NCBI GenBank assembly: GCA_002694345.1
Contig: NZLV01000167.1
Coordinates: forward strand, 1 to 34,677
From: Maricaulis sp.
Lineage (GTDB): Bacteria; Pseudomonadota; Alphaproteobacteria; Caulobacterales; Maricaulaceae
DNA length: 34,677 nucleotides
Direction: 5' to 3'
Below are positions 1 to 12,568 of the stretch, in pieces. Position 1 is the stretch's first letter. Each line of letters starts with the position of its first letter. Made by a program: the position numbers and the translations under genes. The notes below the pieces were generated by a model, which ran no database searches, had not been told where the DNA came from, and saw only the letters and a program-made list of their open reading frames with translations.

Positions 1-1
1 G

Positions 2-2788
2 CAGGTATCGGAGCGCCTGGCGTCGGTTGCGGACATGCTGCCGGACACCGTGGAAGGCGGTCTGGCCCCGATCTCCACGGCCCTCTCCGAGCTCTACATG
101 TTTACCCTCGAGGGAGACAGTCTCAGCCTGGAAGAGCGACGTTCCATCCTCGACTGGGTGATCCGGCCCAATCTGCGGACCCTTCCGGGTGTAGCCGATG
201 TCAATGTGCTCGGCGGCCGCGCGCGGACCTTCGAGGTGGTGCCGGACGAAGCGGCCATGGTCGCTGCGGGCATCGGGATTGTCGACCTGCGGCGTGTGCT
301 GGAAAGCAATAACCGTAATGACGGCGCCGGCCGGATCAATGAGGGTGAGGAAACCCTCGTTGTCCGCAGTCTGGGCGCGACGCAGACGCCCGAGGATATT
401 GCTGCCCTGGTGGTCCGAAGTGACCCGGAGGCGCCCGTTCGTGTGGGCGATGTCGCCGCTGTACAGATCGGCGCCCTGACGCGGTATGGCTCCGTCACCA
501 TGGATGGCCGGGGCGAGGCGGTCGAAGGCATTGTGGTTGCCCTGCGGGGCGCGGATGCGCGCATGGTCGTTGACGGGGTTCGGGACCGCCTGGCCCTTCT
601 CGAGCAGAGCTTCCCGGAGGGCCTGCGCGTCGTGCCCTTCTATGATCGGTCGGATCTCATCGAGCGCGCGGTAGGCACGGTGTCGGAAGCCTTGCTGATC
701 GCCGTTGCACTGGTGATCGCTATCCTGGTTCTTTTCCTCGGCAATCTTCGGGCAGCGGTCGTCGTAACCCTCATCCTGCCTTTCTCCGCTTTGCTGACTT
801 TCCTTCTCATGCAGGTGGTCGGGCTCTCGGCCAATCTGATGAGCCTGGGCGGGCTGGCGATCGCGATCGGCATGATTGTCGACGGCGCGATCGTGGTGAC
901 GGAAAATACGGTTGAGCGCCTCAATGAGCGCGGGGATGAAAACCGTCTCCACACCGTGTTCCGGGCCGCGTCCGAAGTTGCCATTCCGACAGCAGCAGGC
1001 ACGCTGATCATCTGCCTGGTCTTTGTTCCCTTGATCACGCTTCAGGGTCTGGAGGGCAAACTGTTTGCTCCGGTAGCCCTGACCATCGTGTTTGCGCTCG
1101 GTGGTGCCATGCTGCTCGCCATGACCCTCATCCCGGTCCTGGCGGCCTTTGCTCTGAGGCCGGGCCGGGGCGGGGAAGCCTGGATCATGCGGATCATTGG
1201 TCCGGCGTTCGAATGGAGCCTCGCCCGGGCCCTGAGACTGCCGGTGATTGTCTACGCCGTGGCCGCGGTGGGCGTGGTGCTCGCCGGTCTGAGCTATGCC
1301 GGGGCGGGCAAGATCTTCATGCCGACCATGAATGAGGGGGCTGTCGTGATGCAGCTGGCCAGCCTGCCCTCGATTAATCTGGATCAAAGCCAGGCCGATG
1401 ATCTGCGCATTGAGGCCGCCCTGATCGAGCGTGTCCCGGAAGTGCAGCACGTGATCGCCCGGGTCGGGTCGGACGAGTTGGGTCTGGACCCGATGAGCCT
1501 TAATGAGAGCGACGCCTTCCTGCAGCTTGCGCCGCGCGAGGAATGGCGCGGCCCGGATACGGAATGGCTGGTCGGCGAAATGCGGACCGTGATGGCCGAT
1601 TTTCCGGGCATTGAGTCCTCATTTACCCAGCCGATCGAAATGCGGGTGTCGGAAATGCTGACCGGGTCGCGCGGCGATCTGGCGATCAAGGTTTTCGGCA
1701 CCGATTCTGGCGAATTGGCGCGGATTGCGGGTGAGATCGAGGCGGCGGTTGCCGAAGTGGATGGTGCTGCGGATGTGTTCACGACGTCCAATGACCTGTC
1801 CGAATATCTCCAGGTCTCCATCGATCCGGAGTGGGCTGGACGCTACGGTTTTGATGTTTTGCAGGTCCAGGACGAGTTGCGGGCCCGTTTGGAAGGTGTC
1901 CAGGCCGGTGAAGTGATCGAGCCGGGACGCCGTACGCCCATTCTCATTCGCGCGGATCGGCGCTTTCGGGATTCCCCGTTCGGTTTTGAGAATGTCCGCA
2001 TCACGGCCCCCGATGGCGGGGAGGTCCGGCTCAGTGATATCGCTCGGGTCGAACGGGCCGAAGGCCTGGCCGTGGTCGATCGTGAAAACGGCTCGCGCTA
2101 TGCGGTGGTTCAGGCCTTTGTGTCGGGCCGGGACCTCGTGGGCTTTGTCGAGGACGCCCAGACGGTGGTTGAGGGTCTGGGCAATCTTCCGGCGGGCTAC
2201 CGTATCGAGTGGGGTGGCGAGTTCGAGAACCAGAGACGCGCGGCAGCCCGCTTGTCCTTAATGGTCCCCGTCGCCCTGGTCCTGATCTTCATCGTCCTGT
2301 TCGTGACCTTGCGCTCGATCCGCCAGGCCCTGCTCATTCTCGCCAACATCCCCTTTGCCCTGGTGGGCGGGATCATCGCACTGAGTCTGGCTGGGGAATA
2401 TGTTTCTGTTCCTGCCTCCGTTGGCTTCATTGCCCTGCTCGGGATTGCCGTCCTGAACGGGTTAGTCCTGATCACTTACTTCAACGATCTGCGCGCCCAG
2501 GGGCATGCCGTTGAAGAAATTGTCCTTCAAGGCACCCGGCGGCGCTTGCGGCCGGTGCTGATGACCGCGACTACGGCGGCGTTCGGTTTGTTGCCGCTTC
2601 TGTTCGCAACAGGTCCCGGATCGGAGATCCAGCGACCCTTGGCCATCGTGGTCATCGGCGGTCTGGTCTCTTCCACCCTGCTCACCCTCTATCTCCTGCC
2701 GCTTCTCTATCGCCGTTTCGGTGTCGAGGCGCGGACGGACGTTGACCGGACGGAGGCCGCCCGATGGGTTCGACCTTATGCAAGCTAA
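2..2788 (+). CDS. CusA/CzcA-family (heavy-metal-efflux type) RND permease, 5'-truncated by the window edge
   Basis: The frame is open from base 2 (QVSERLASVADMLP...). RND hallmarks include PFYDRS, NLMSLGGLAIAIGMIVDGAIVVTEN (TM4), GGEFENQ, GFIALLGIAVLNG, RLRPVLMT and GSEIQRPLA, with two bundles of TM helices. Confidence 0.93.
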   Translation, partial: QVSERLASVADMLPDTVEGGLAPISTALSELYMFTLEGDSLSLEERRSILDWVIRPNLRTLPGVADVNVLGGRARTFEVVPDEAAMVAAGIGIVDLRRVLESNNRNDGAGRINEGEETLVVRSLGATQTPEDIAALVVRSDPEAPVRVGDVAAVQIGALTRYGSVTMDGRGEAVEGIVVALRGADARMVVDGVRDRLALLEQSFPEGLRVVPFYDRSDLIERAVGTVSEALLIAVALVIAILVLFLGNLRAAVVVTLILPFSALLTFLLMQVVGLSANLMSLGGLAIAIGMIVDGAIVVTENTVERLNERGDENRLHTVFRAASEVAIPTAAGTLIICLVFVPLITLQGLEGKLFAPVALTIVFALGGAMLLAMTLIPVLAAFALRPGRGGEAWIMRIIGPAFEWSLARALRLPVIVYAVAAVGVVLAGLSYAGAGKIFMPTMNEGAVVMQLASLPSINLDQSQADDLRIEAALIERVPEVQHVIARVGSDELGLDPMSLNESDAFLQLAPREEWRGPDTEWLVGEMRTVMADFPGIESSFTQPIEMRVSEMLTGSRGDLAIKVFGTDSGELARIAGEIEAAVAEVDGAADVFTTSNDLSEYLQVSIDPEWAGRYGFDVLQVQDELRARLEGVQAGEVIEPGRRTPILIRADRRFRDSPFGFENVRITAPDGGEVRLSDIARVERAEGLAVVDRENGSRYAVVQAFVSGRDLVGFVEDAQTVVEGLGNLPAGYRIEWGGEFENQRRAAARLSLMVPVALVLIFIVLFVTLRSIRQALLILANIPFALVGGIIALSLAGEYVSVPASVGFIALLGIAVLNGLVLITYFNDLRAQGHAVEEIVLQGTRRRLRPVLMTATTAAFGLLPLLFATGPGSEIQRPLAIVVIGGLVSSTLLTLYLLPLLYRRFGVEARTDVDRTEAARWVRPYAS

Positions 2789-3075
2789 GCGTCACCGCGC
2801 CCCGCGATATCCAGTCGGCTCTGGCCGACATTCTGGACGATTTGCCCGACCAGGTGCCCGGCTACACGATGCTGGAAGCCGAAGGGCGTGGAGCTGACAT
2901 GGCTCTGGCTTCTGCGGCAGAGCGTGTCCGGGGGGCCATGCGCGCCGTGCAGTTCGTGATGATCCTGCCGCGCGATGAAGTTTCGGGTGTTCTGGACGCC
3001 ATCGCGCAGCACTGCCCCCGGCGACAGATAGCCTACTGGATTGAACCCGTGGAAGAATTTGGACGGCTGACATGA
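2764..3075 (+). CDS. DUF3240-family PII-like small protein
   Basis: 103 aa with GGAGG RBS upstream; overlaps the RND stop. The pattern 'VPGYT..A.GRG......AAERVRG' and C-terminal 'YWIEPV..FGRL' are typical of DUF3240 proteins found after CzcA-like genes. Confidence 0.75.
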   Translation: MGSTLCKLSVTAPRDIQSALADILDDLPDQVPGYTMLEAEGRGADMALASAAERVRGAMRAVQFVMILPRDEVSGVLDAIAQHCPRRQIAYWIEPVEEFGRLT

Positions 3076-4313
3076 AGAATACGCGCGTCATCCTTGCCCT
3101 GGGCGGGGCGTTGGGCCTCGTTCTGTCGTCGCAGCTTGCGGCGCAGGAGCCGGAAGACACGGTCCGGTCCGTGATTGAATCGTCGTCCGGCGTCATGGCG
3201 GCCCGGGCCGACCGGAGCGTGGCGATGGCTCGCGCTGAACAGGTCCGGCTGGGTGAGTATGAGACCCAGCTCGACGCGGGCCTCGCCCGGCGCCAGGTCC
3301 GTTCGGCGGACGACTCGATGGAGTGGCAATTGGGGGTGTCCCGCCGCTTCAGATGGCCGGCAAAGCGTCAACTCGATCTGGACCTGGCCCGAACGGAAAG
3401 CGCGCTGGCTCAGGCCCGCTATGTGCTGAGCTGGCAGGGCGAGGCAGAAGCCTGGGTCCGGCTGTGGAGTGCATGGTCACAGGCCAGCGCGCTGGTGGAG
3501 GTGATGGACCGGCGTGTGGAGGCTGCACGGCTACGGCGGGATGCCGAACAGGTGCGGTTGCAGCACGCCCGAGGGCGGGCCGTTGATGTGGACCGGCTCG
3601 ACCGGGATCTGGCCTTGGCTCGGGCCTCGCTGGACACCTCGCGCCAGTCGGCCGAGCTTGCGCGCCTTGCTCTGGAGGCCCGTTTCCCGGGCACGGCAGA
3701 GCCGGGTCTGGCGGAAGGACTGGACACAGAGACGTGCGGAGACCCCGATGCCGGGGAAGCGCTGGATACGGCCATAGCGCTCAGTCCGGCGCTTCGCGTG
3801 GCTCGGCTTGAGCTTGACTGGGCTGATTTGCAGCGCCGCCGCGCCGCCTATGACCAACGCGCCGATCCACAGTTGGGCGTTCAGGTCTTTCAAGAGCGCG
3901 ATGGTGCCGAAACCGGACTGGGTGTCTCGGTGTCACTGCCGATTACGGGTGGTTTGCGTCAGGCCCGCCTTGTTGCGGCTGAGGGTGAGCAGACCAGCCG
4001 GGCTGCCCGGCTGGCCTCGGCGGAACAGGCCCTACGTCAAACCTTTCTGACCCTTGAGGCTCGAAATCTGCGGTCCGGTTTGCGAGTCGAGCAGGCGGGC
4101 GAGGCTCTGAGTGCAGCTCAAACGGTGCTCGATCGCCTGGAGCGGGGACGCGATCTCGAGGCGGTCACTGTGCTTGACATTCTCGAGGCCCGAACCGCGC
4201 TCTGGTCGGCGCGGGAAGTCGAGATCGCTGCGCGTGCCGAGCAAGTCGAAGCGCGCTTGCTCCGGGGCATTTTGCTGCAATGCGTCCTGATGCCTGGCGA
4301 GGCGAATGGCTGA
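3072..4313 (+). CDS. TolC/CzcC-family outer-membrane efflux protein
   Basis: Signal peptide (..LAA|QE), long Ala/Leu/Arg-rich helices, beta segments (LGVQV..GLGVSVSLPI) and 'VTVLDILEAR'. Coupled to the upstream gene by an ATGA overlap. Confidence 0.85.
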   Translation: MKNTRVILALGGALGLVLSSQLAAQEPEDTVRSVIESSSGVMAARADRSVAMARAEQVRLGEYETQLDAGLARRQVRSADDSMEWQLGVSRRFRWPAKRQLDLDLARTESALAQARYVLSWQGEAEAWVRLWSAWSQASALVEVMDRRVEAARLRRDAEQVRLQHARGRAVDVDRLDRDLALARASLDTSRQSAELARLALEARFPGTAEPGLAEGLDTETCGDPDAGEALDTAIALSPALRVARLELDWADLQRRRAAYDQRADPQLGVQVFQERDGAETGLGVSVSLPITGGLRQARLVAAEGEQTSRAARLASAEQALRQTFLTLEARNLRSGLRVEQAGEALSAAQTVLDRLERGRDLEAVTVLDILEARTALWSAREVEIAARAEQVEARLLRGILLQCVLMPGEANG

Positions 4314-4449
4314 GGTCTTGGTTGCATAGTCCTTCTGTTGGCGGGGTTTGCACCGGATTCTACGCACACCGCTGGTCCGTTCTCGTGAGAGAAACGCATA
4401 AAACCCTGTCGTCGGCCCGCATAGGCTGGTCCTGGACAGGAGAGTGACT

Positions 4450-6003
4450 ATGACACACGGACACTTCTGGAAGATCATGGCCGGGGGACTGTTGCTCCTT
4501 GTCGGAGCGGTGCCTGCTCTGGCCCAGCCCTATGACATCCCCGTGTCGGACGGGGCCGGCATCATGTCAGCGAGCGCGCCGGTCTTTCGGGCCGAAACCG
4601 CGCATGAAGTGCACATCCGGGGACAAAGGGTCCGGTACCGGGTGGTTTCTGGTGAGACCGTTTTGCGGGATCTGGATGGCGCTGAAACGGGTCGCATCTT
4701 CGCCTTCAGCTATTTGCGCACCGATGCTGTTGCTACGGATCGGCCGGTCCTGTTCGTGTTCAATGGCGGGCCGGGCTCGGCCTCGCTCTGGCTGCATATG
4801 GGCGTGATCGGGCCGCGTCGCCTGGTGCTGGACCAGGAAGTGAACCCGTCCAATGTGCCGCCCTTCGGTCTGACGGATAATCCGGTCTCCGTGCTGGACG
4901 TAGCCGATCTGGTTTTTATTGACCCGGTGGGGACCGGGTTCAGCCGGCCCGCTCCGGGCGTTGATCCGGCCCTGTTCTGGGGCGTGGATGAGGATGCCGA
5001 GTCGATTGCGCAGTTCATCGAACTCTGGCTGACCGAGCATGGGCGCTGGAACTCGCCGAAATACGTGTTGGGGGAAAGCTATGGGACGGTGCGCGCCGCA
5101 GTCCTGCCTCGCGCCCTGATGGGCAGTCCGATCTACAACGGGGTCATGCGGGGCATCACGCTGGACGGTGTCATCTTGCTGGGAACGACCCTGGCCGGCC
5201 GCGGAAATGGCGGGGCGCCCGATGGCGAAACCCTTGCTGCGGCAAGGGCGCGCAGCTTGCCAGGGCTGGCTGTCACGGCCGCCTATCATGGCCGATCGTC
5301 GCTGGAGACCGATGACCCGGAAGCCGTCTATGCCGCGGCGGCGGCCTATGCTGATGGGCCCTATCGGGCGGCGTTGGCGGATCTGCAGGCCGGCACTTTG
5401 TCCCCGTCCGACCGCGCGGAAATTCTCGCGCAATTGGAGGTATTTGTCGGCCTGGATGCCGAAACGATCGGGGAGGATCTCTACATATCGGAGCGGGACT
5501 ATGCCCGGACCCTGCTGACGGATGCGGGTCTGGAAGCCGGCGTCTATGACAGTCGCTACACCCTGCCGCTTGCGTCGTCCGGGCGGGACCCTGTCGCGGA
5601 CGACCCGGCGATGGGGCAGTACGTTCCCGGCTTTGTGTCGGCCTTCAATCGCATGCTGGGAGAGGAGCTGGGCGTGGATACCGGGCGGGCCTATACGGCG
5701 ATCCGCTGGCGCGATCTCCTGCCGGCTTGGAACTGGGAGCGGCGCGGGGTAGAGCCTGGCCAGTCCTTCGCAGTCGATCTGGCCTGGTCGATGCGGCGCA
5801 ATCGCGATCTGCGGGTCTTTGTGGCGTCGGGCTATTATGATCTGGTGACGACGCCAGCCGATGCGCGGGCGTCGATCTCCGAGGCCGGACTGCCGGAGGA
5901 CCGGGTCCGTTTTGAGGAGTATCCGTCCGGACACATGCTGTATCTGGGCGGCACGGCGCAGGCCTTCGCGGAAGACCTGCGCACATTTCTTACCGCGCAC
6001 TAG
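4450..6003 (+). CDS. Secreted serine carboxypeptidase, peptidase S10 family
   Basis: Signal peptide (ALA|QP), FNGGPGSAS, DLVFIDPVGTGFS, nucleophile motif GESYG, GYYDLVT (Asp) and SGHMLY (His). AGGAGA RBS before ATG 4450; GTG 4444 is an alternative start. Confidence 0.9.
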   Translation: MTHGHFWKIMAGGLLLLVGAVPALAQPYDIPVSDGAGIMSASAPVFRAETAHEVHIRGQRVRYRVVSGETVLRDLDGAETGRIFAFSYLRTDAVATDRPVLFVFNGGPGSASLWLHMGVIGPRRLVLDQEVNPSNVPPFGLTDNPVSVLDVADLVFIDPVGTGFSRPAPGVDPALFWGVDEDAESIAQFIELWLTEHGRWNSPKYVLGESYGTVRAAVLPRALMGSPIYNGVMRGITLDGVILLGTTLAGRGNGGAPDGETLAAARARSLPGLAVTAAYHGRSSLETDDPEAVYAAAAAYADGPYRAALADLQAGTLSPSDRAEILAQLEVFVGLDAETIGEDLYISERDYARTLLTDAGLEAGVYDSRYTLPLASSGRDPVADDPAMGQYVPGFVSAFNRMLGEELGVDTGRAYTAIRWRDLLPAWNWERRGVEPGQSFAVDLAWSMRRNRDLRVFVASGYYDLVTTPADARASISEAGLPEDRVRFEEYPSGHMLYLGGTAQAFAEDLRTFLTAH

Positions 6004-6015
6004 GTGCCAAATGGG

Positions 6016-7296
6016 TCAGGACTTTCCCTTGACCTTGTGGATGCCGAGCATGTCGAAAACGGCCTTCTCATAGAAGGGTTCGCCGACCCCGCGCCGGATC
6101 TTGCCCACGAAATAGGATTCGAAGGCAGCCTTGGCCATGTGAACCCAGCCGCCATCGGCGGACCAGTTCACATTGCGCGGCGGGATTTGCGGCATGGCCA
6201 CGAAGGCTACTCCACCATCGCCGAAATCGGCCAGGCAGACGGCGTTCCAGGTGGCCAGGTTGTTGGCCGGCTTGCCATCCAGGTCGGCGCGCAGGTTTCG
6301 GGCTGTGGCGACGACCATGGACTCGATCATGAAACCGGTCTTCGGCACCCCGACCGGCACGGCATAGTTTTCGACCGGCGGGATGGCGACGCAGACACCG
6401 ATGCCGAAGATATTCTTCCAGTTCGGATTGCGCTGGTGCTCATCCACCAGGATGAAGCCGCGCGGATTGACTAGGCCCTCGACATCACGCACCGCGTCAA
6501 TACCGCGGAAGGCCGGCAGCATCATGGAATAGCCGAAGGGCAGTTCGTGCGTCTTCTTGACGGACCCGTCCTCGGCGACTTCTTCCACATGCATCACGCC
6601 GTCTTCGACCTTGGTGACGCGGGCCGAGGTGATCCACTTGATGTGCCGGTTGCGCATTTCGCTTTCCAGCAAGCCCTTCGTGTCACCGACCCCGTCCAGG
6701 CCCAGATGGCCGATATAGGGTTCCGAGGTGACGAAGGTCATTGGGACCTTGTCGCGGATCTTGCGCTTGCGCAGATCGGTTTCCAGGATCATCGCGAATT
6801 CATAGGCCGGCCCGAAACAGGACGCGCCCTGTACGGCGCCAACCACGATCGGGCCCGGATTCTGGACAAATTCCTGCCAGCGCGAGTTCGAGTCGACGGC
6901 GTGATCGACATGGCAGATGGATTCGGTGAAACCGCCATGGGGGCCGAGCCCCTCGATTTCGTCAAAGGCGAGTTGGGGGCCGGTGGCGATGACCAGGTAG
7001 TCATAGGTCAGGCGCTCGCCATTATCGAGTTCGATCGCGTTGTCTTCCGGCACGACCTTGGTCGCGGCGGCATGGACGAAGTCGATGCCCTTCTTCTTGA
7101 ACATGGGGGCGAGTTCGACCTTGATCTGCTCCGGCTTGCGCCAGTCCACGGCCACCCAGGGGTTGGACGGGGTGAAGTGGAAGGTCGCCGAATCCGAGAC
7201 CACGGTGATGCGGTCTTCCTTTCGCAGTTCCTTGCGCGCTTCGAGCGCCATGGGAACGCCGCCGAGACCGGCTCCGAGAACCACAATATGGGCCAT
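6016..7296 (-). CDS. sqr: Sulfide:quinone oxidoreductase, type I (SqrA-like)
   Basis: FAD motif VVLGAGLGG; PSNPWV; Cys128 (SICH), Cys160 (ASCFGPAYE) and Cys354 (NAVCLADFGD); VPKTGFMIESM; PQIPPRN. GGAGGAA RBS. Confidence 0.95.
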   Translation of the reverse strand: MAHIVVLGAGLGGVPMALEARKELRKEDRITVVSDSATFHFTPSNPWVAVDWRKPEQIKVELAPMFKKKGIDFVHAAATKVVPEDNAIELDNGERLTYDYLVIATGPQLAFDEIEGLGPHGGFTESICHVDHAVDSNSRWQEFVQNPGPIVVGAVQGASCFGPAYEFAMILETDLRKRKIRDKVPMTFVTSEPYIGHLGLDGVGDTKGLLESEMRNRHIKWITSARVTKVEDGVMHVEEVAEDGSVKKTHELPFGYSMMLPAFRGIDAVRDVEGLVNPRGFILVDEHQRNPNWKNIFGIGVCVAIPPVENYAVPVGVPKTGFMIESMVVATARNLRADLDGKPANNLATWNAVCLADFGDGGVAFVAMPQIPPRNVNWSADGGWVHMAKAAFESYFVGKIRRGVGEPFYEKAVFDMLGIHKVKGKS

Positions 7297-7345
7297 TTCA
7301 TTCCTCCCGTTATGTCCGGCGCGTCCTTGTGGCGGCCGTTTGGTG

Positions 7346-7687
7346 TCAGGCCTTGCCCTCCAGGGCTTCGGCGGCCGTGCAGAATTGCGATTTCAGGTGA
7401 TGCAGGATGCCTACGCAGCGCGGATCCGCGATCGAATAGTGAACCTGCAGGCCGTCCTTGCGCCCTTTGACCAGATCCTCGGCCCGCATCTTCGCCAGGT
7501 GCTGGGACATCGCAGACTGGGACAGATCCGTGACCTCACACAGCTCGCTTACCGTCGCTTCTCCCATGGCCAGGCGGCAAAGGATGAGCAGACGTTTTTC
7601 ATTGGCGAGCTGCTTGAGAAAGCCGGCAGCTTCGCCGGCTTGCGATTGCAGGTCCTGGATTTGCGGGTCGGGCGAGGTCAAACGCAC
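7346..7687 (-). CDS. sqrR: ArsR/SmtB-family persulfide-sensing repressor (SqrR/BigR/YgaV type)
   Basis: ArsR HTH (LANEKRLLILC..LSQSAMSQHLAKMR). Cys37 and Cys103 are 66 residues apart, as in SqrR C41/C107 and BigR C42/C108. The gene lies directly upstream of sqr. The true start may be TTG at 7681, with AGGAGG 5 nt upstream. Confidence 0.88.
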   Translation of the reverse strand: MRLTSPDPQIQDLQSQAGEAAGFLKQLANEKRLLILCRLAMGEATVSELCEVTDLSQSAMSQHLAKMRAEDLVKGRKDGLQVHYSIADPRCVGILHHLKSQFCTAAEALEGKA

Positions 7688-7699
7688 CTCCTGAATTAG

Positions 7700-7736
7700 T
7701 TGACACTAATTTAGATAAGACTATATTAGGTGTCAA
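7700..7736. promoter_or_regulatory. Overlapping divergent sigma70-type promoters with embedded inverted repeat (probable SqrR operator)
   Basis: TTGACA-CTAATTTAG-ATAAGA-CTATATTAG-G-TGTCAA. Plus strand: TTGACA(7700)-N16-TATATT. Minus strand: TTGACA(7736)-N17-TAAATT. AT-rich island in a GC-rich background. Confidence 0.8.
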
Positions 7737-7767
7737 TCATATTGTTGGAACCGGCAGGAGCCCCACC

Positions 7768-8118
7768 ATGAGCCTTCGCGAACTTGATCCGAAAACCGTC
7801 CATGACGCCGTCAAGGCGGGGGAAGCCGTGATTATCGACGTGCGCGAGCCGCGTGAATTCGCGACCGAGCGCCTGCACGGCGCGTCGCTTCATCCGCTCT
7901 CCACTTTCGACCCGACCGCCATTCCGGTCGACAAGACGCGTGACGTGATCTTGCAATGTGGCTCCGGCAAGCGTTCCATGGATGCCTTGCAGCGTTGTGC
8001 CGCTGCCGGCGTAGCGATTACGGCCCATCTCAAAGGCGGCCTCATGGCCTGGAAAGCGGCCGGCCTTCCCACCGTAACGATCGACCCGGCAACGGGTCAG
8101 GTCATTGACCCGAAATAG
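7768..8118 (+). CDS. Single-domain rhodanese (sulfurtransferase), YgaP/PspE-like
   Basis: IIDVREPREF, active-site loop CGSGKRS and LKGGLMAWKAAGLP; AGGAG RBS. Confidence 0.9.
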   Translation: MSLRELDPKTVHDAVKAGEAVIIDVREPREFATERLHGASLHPLSTFDPTAIPVDKTRDVILQCGSGKRSMDALQRCAAAGVAITAHLKGGLMAWKAAGLPTVTIDPATGQVIDPK

Positions 8119-8126
8119 GTGACATC

Positions 8127-9091
8127 ATGGCGACCGGCTTCCTTCTCAGCCTCGCACTGGCCGCGGCCAGCCTGCAGTCTGCCGAGACCCATACGGTTGA
8201 GCAGACCGAAATTCCTGACCGCAAGGCCGTGTTCGCAACGGTCGAGAGTATCGACACGATCACGGCCCGTGCCCGCATAGGCGGCACGATCGGCCAGTTG
8301 CAGGTCGACGAAGGTGACTCGGTTGAGGCCGGGGACGTGCTGGCCGTGGTCGTTGATGACCGTCTGGTGCCCCAGATCGCGGCCGCCAACGCCCAGGCGA
8401 ATGCCTTCGCCGCCCAATTCTCGCAGGCCGAGATCGATCTGGTGCGGGCCGAGGACCTCTATGAACGCGGCATTTATCCGCAGGCCCGCCTCGATCAGGC
8501 GCGGACGCAGGTGGACGTTGTCAGCGGTCAACTGGCAGCAGCCCGGCGGTCCCGCGATGTCCTTGTCCAGCAATCGCGAGAAGGCGATGTGCTGGCACCG
8601 GCCAGCGGCCGGGTTCTGGCGGTTCCGGTGACTTCGGGCAGTGTCATCATGCCCGGTGAACCTGTCGCGACCATTGCCTCCGACCTCTATCTTCTGCGCC
8701 TGCGACTGCCGGAGCGGCATGCCCGCACCATTTCCGAGGGCGACCCGGTCGAGATCGGCATGGCAGCGCTCGGCAGCGATGTCGCGCCGACCGGTCAGAT
8801 CCGACAGGTCTATCCGCGGATTGAGGATGGCCGTGTCGTCGCCGATGCCGTCGTCGACGGGCTGGGCGACTTTTTCGTCGGCGAACGGGTGCGGGTTTAC
8901 GTTACCGTGGATGCCCGCGAAGCCATTCTCATTCCGGCCGATTTCATCTCCACCCGTTTCGGCGTCGACTATGTCCGGCTGCAGCTGAACAATGGTCATG
9001 ACACGGAGATTGTCGTCCAGCGCGGTCTGGACACGCCTCAGGGCGTGGAAATCCTGTCCGGCCTGTCGGCTGGTGATGTCCTGGTGCGGCC

Positions 9092-9095
<4 letters not shown>
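8127..9095 (+). CDS. RND efflux periplasmic adaptor (membrane fusion protein)
   Basis: Signal peptide, lipoyl halves (ARIGGTI..V.EGD.V.AGD; APASGRV), alpha-hairpin and C-terminal VEILSGL.AGD. Confidence 0.9.
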
Positions 9096-12357
<3,262 letters not shown>

Positions 12358-12361
<4 letters not shown>

Positions 12362-12564
12362 CCCTTGGACGCGCTGTAATGATGTTTGCCGGATTCATGA
12401 CCCTGCTGTCGGCGCTGCTCGCCTGGCAGGTCAGCCCCTGGTTCCTGCTTCTGACCGGCTTTGTCGGCCTCAACCTGATGCAGACCAGCGTCACCGGCTT
12501 CTGTCCGGCGGCGATGATCTTCAAGGCGCTCGGCCTGAAAGAGGGAAGCTGCGACTTCCGCTAG
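12358..12564 (+). CDS. DUF2892 (YgaP transmembrane domain-like) small membrane protein
   Basis: 68 aa, two TM helices, conserved TGFCP motif; AAGGAG RBS; ATGA overlap with the RND stop. Confidence 0.85.
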
Positions 12565-12568
12565 CCGG

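Noticed and set aside
4567-6000. 477-aa minus-strand ORF
   Set aside because: It mirrors the S10 peptidase gene almost exactly and has no motifs of its own.
7768-8118. Rhodanese as an EanB-type anaerobic ergothioneine synthase
   Set aside because: EanB is a large multi-domain protein; this is a 116-aa single domain, and an oxygen-dependent EgtB is already present.
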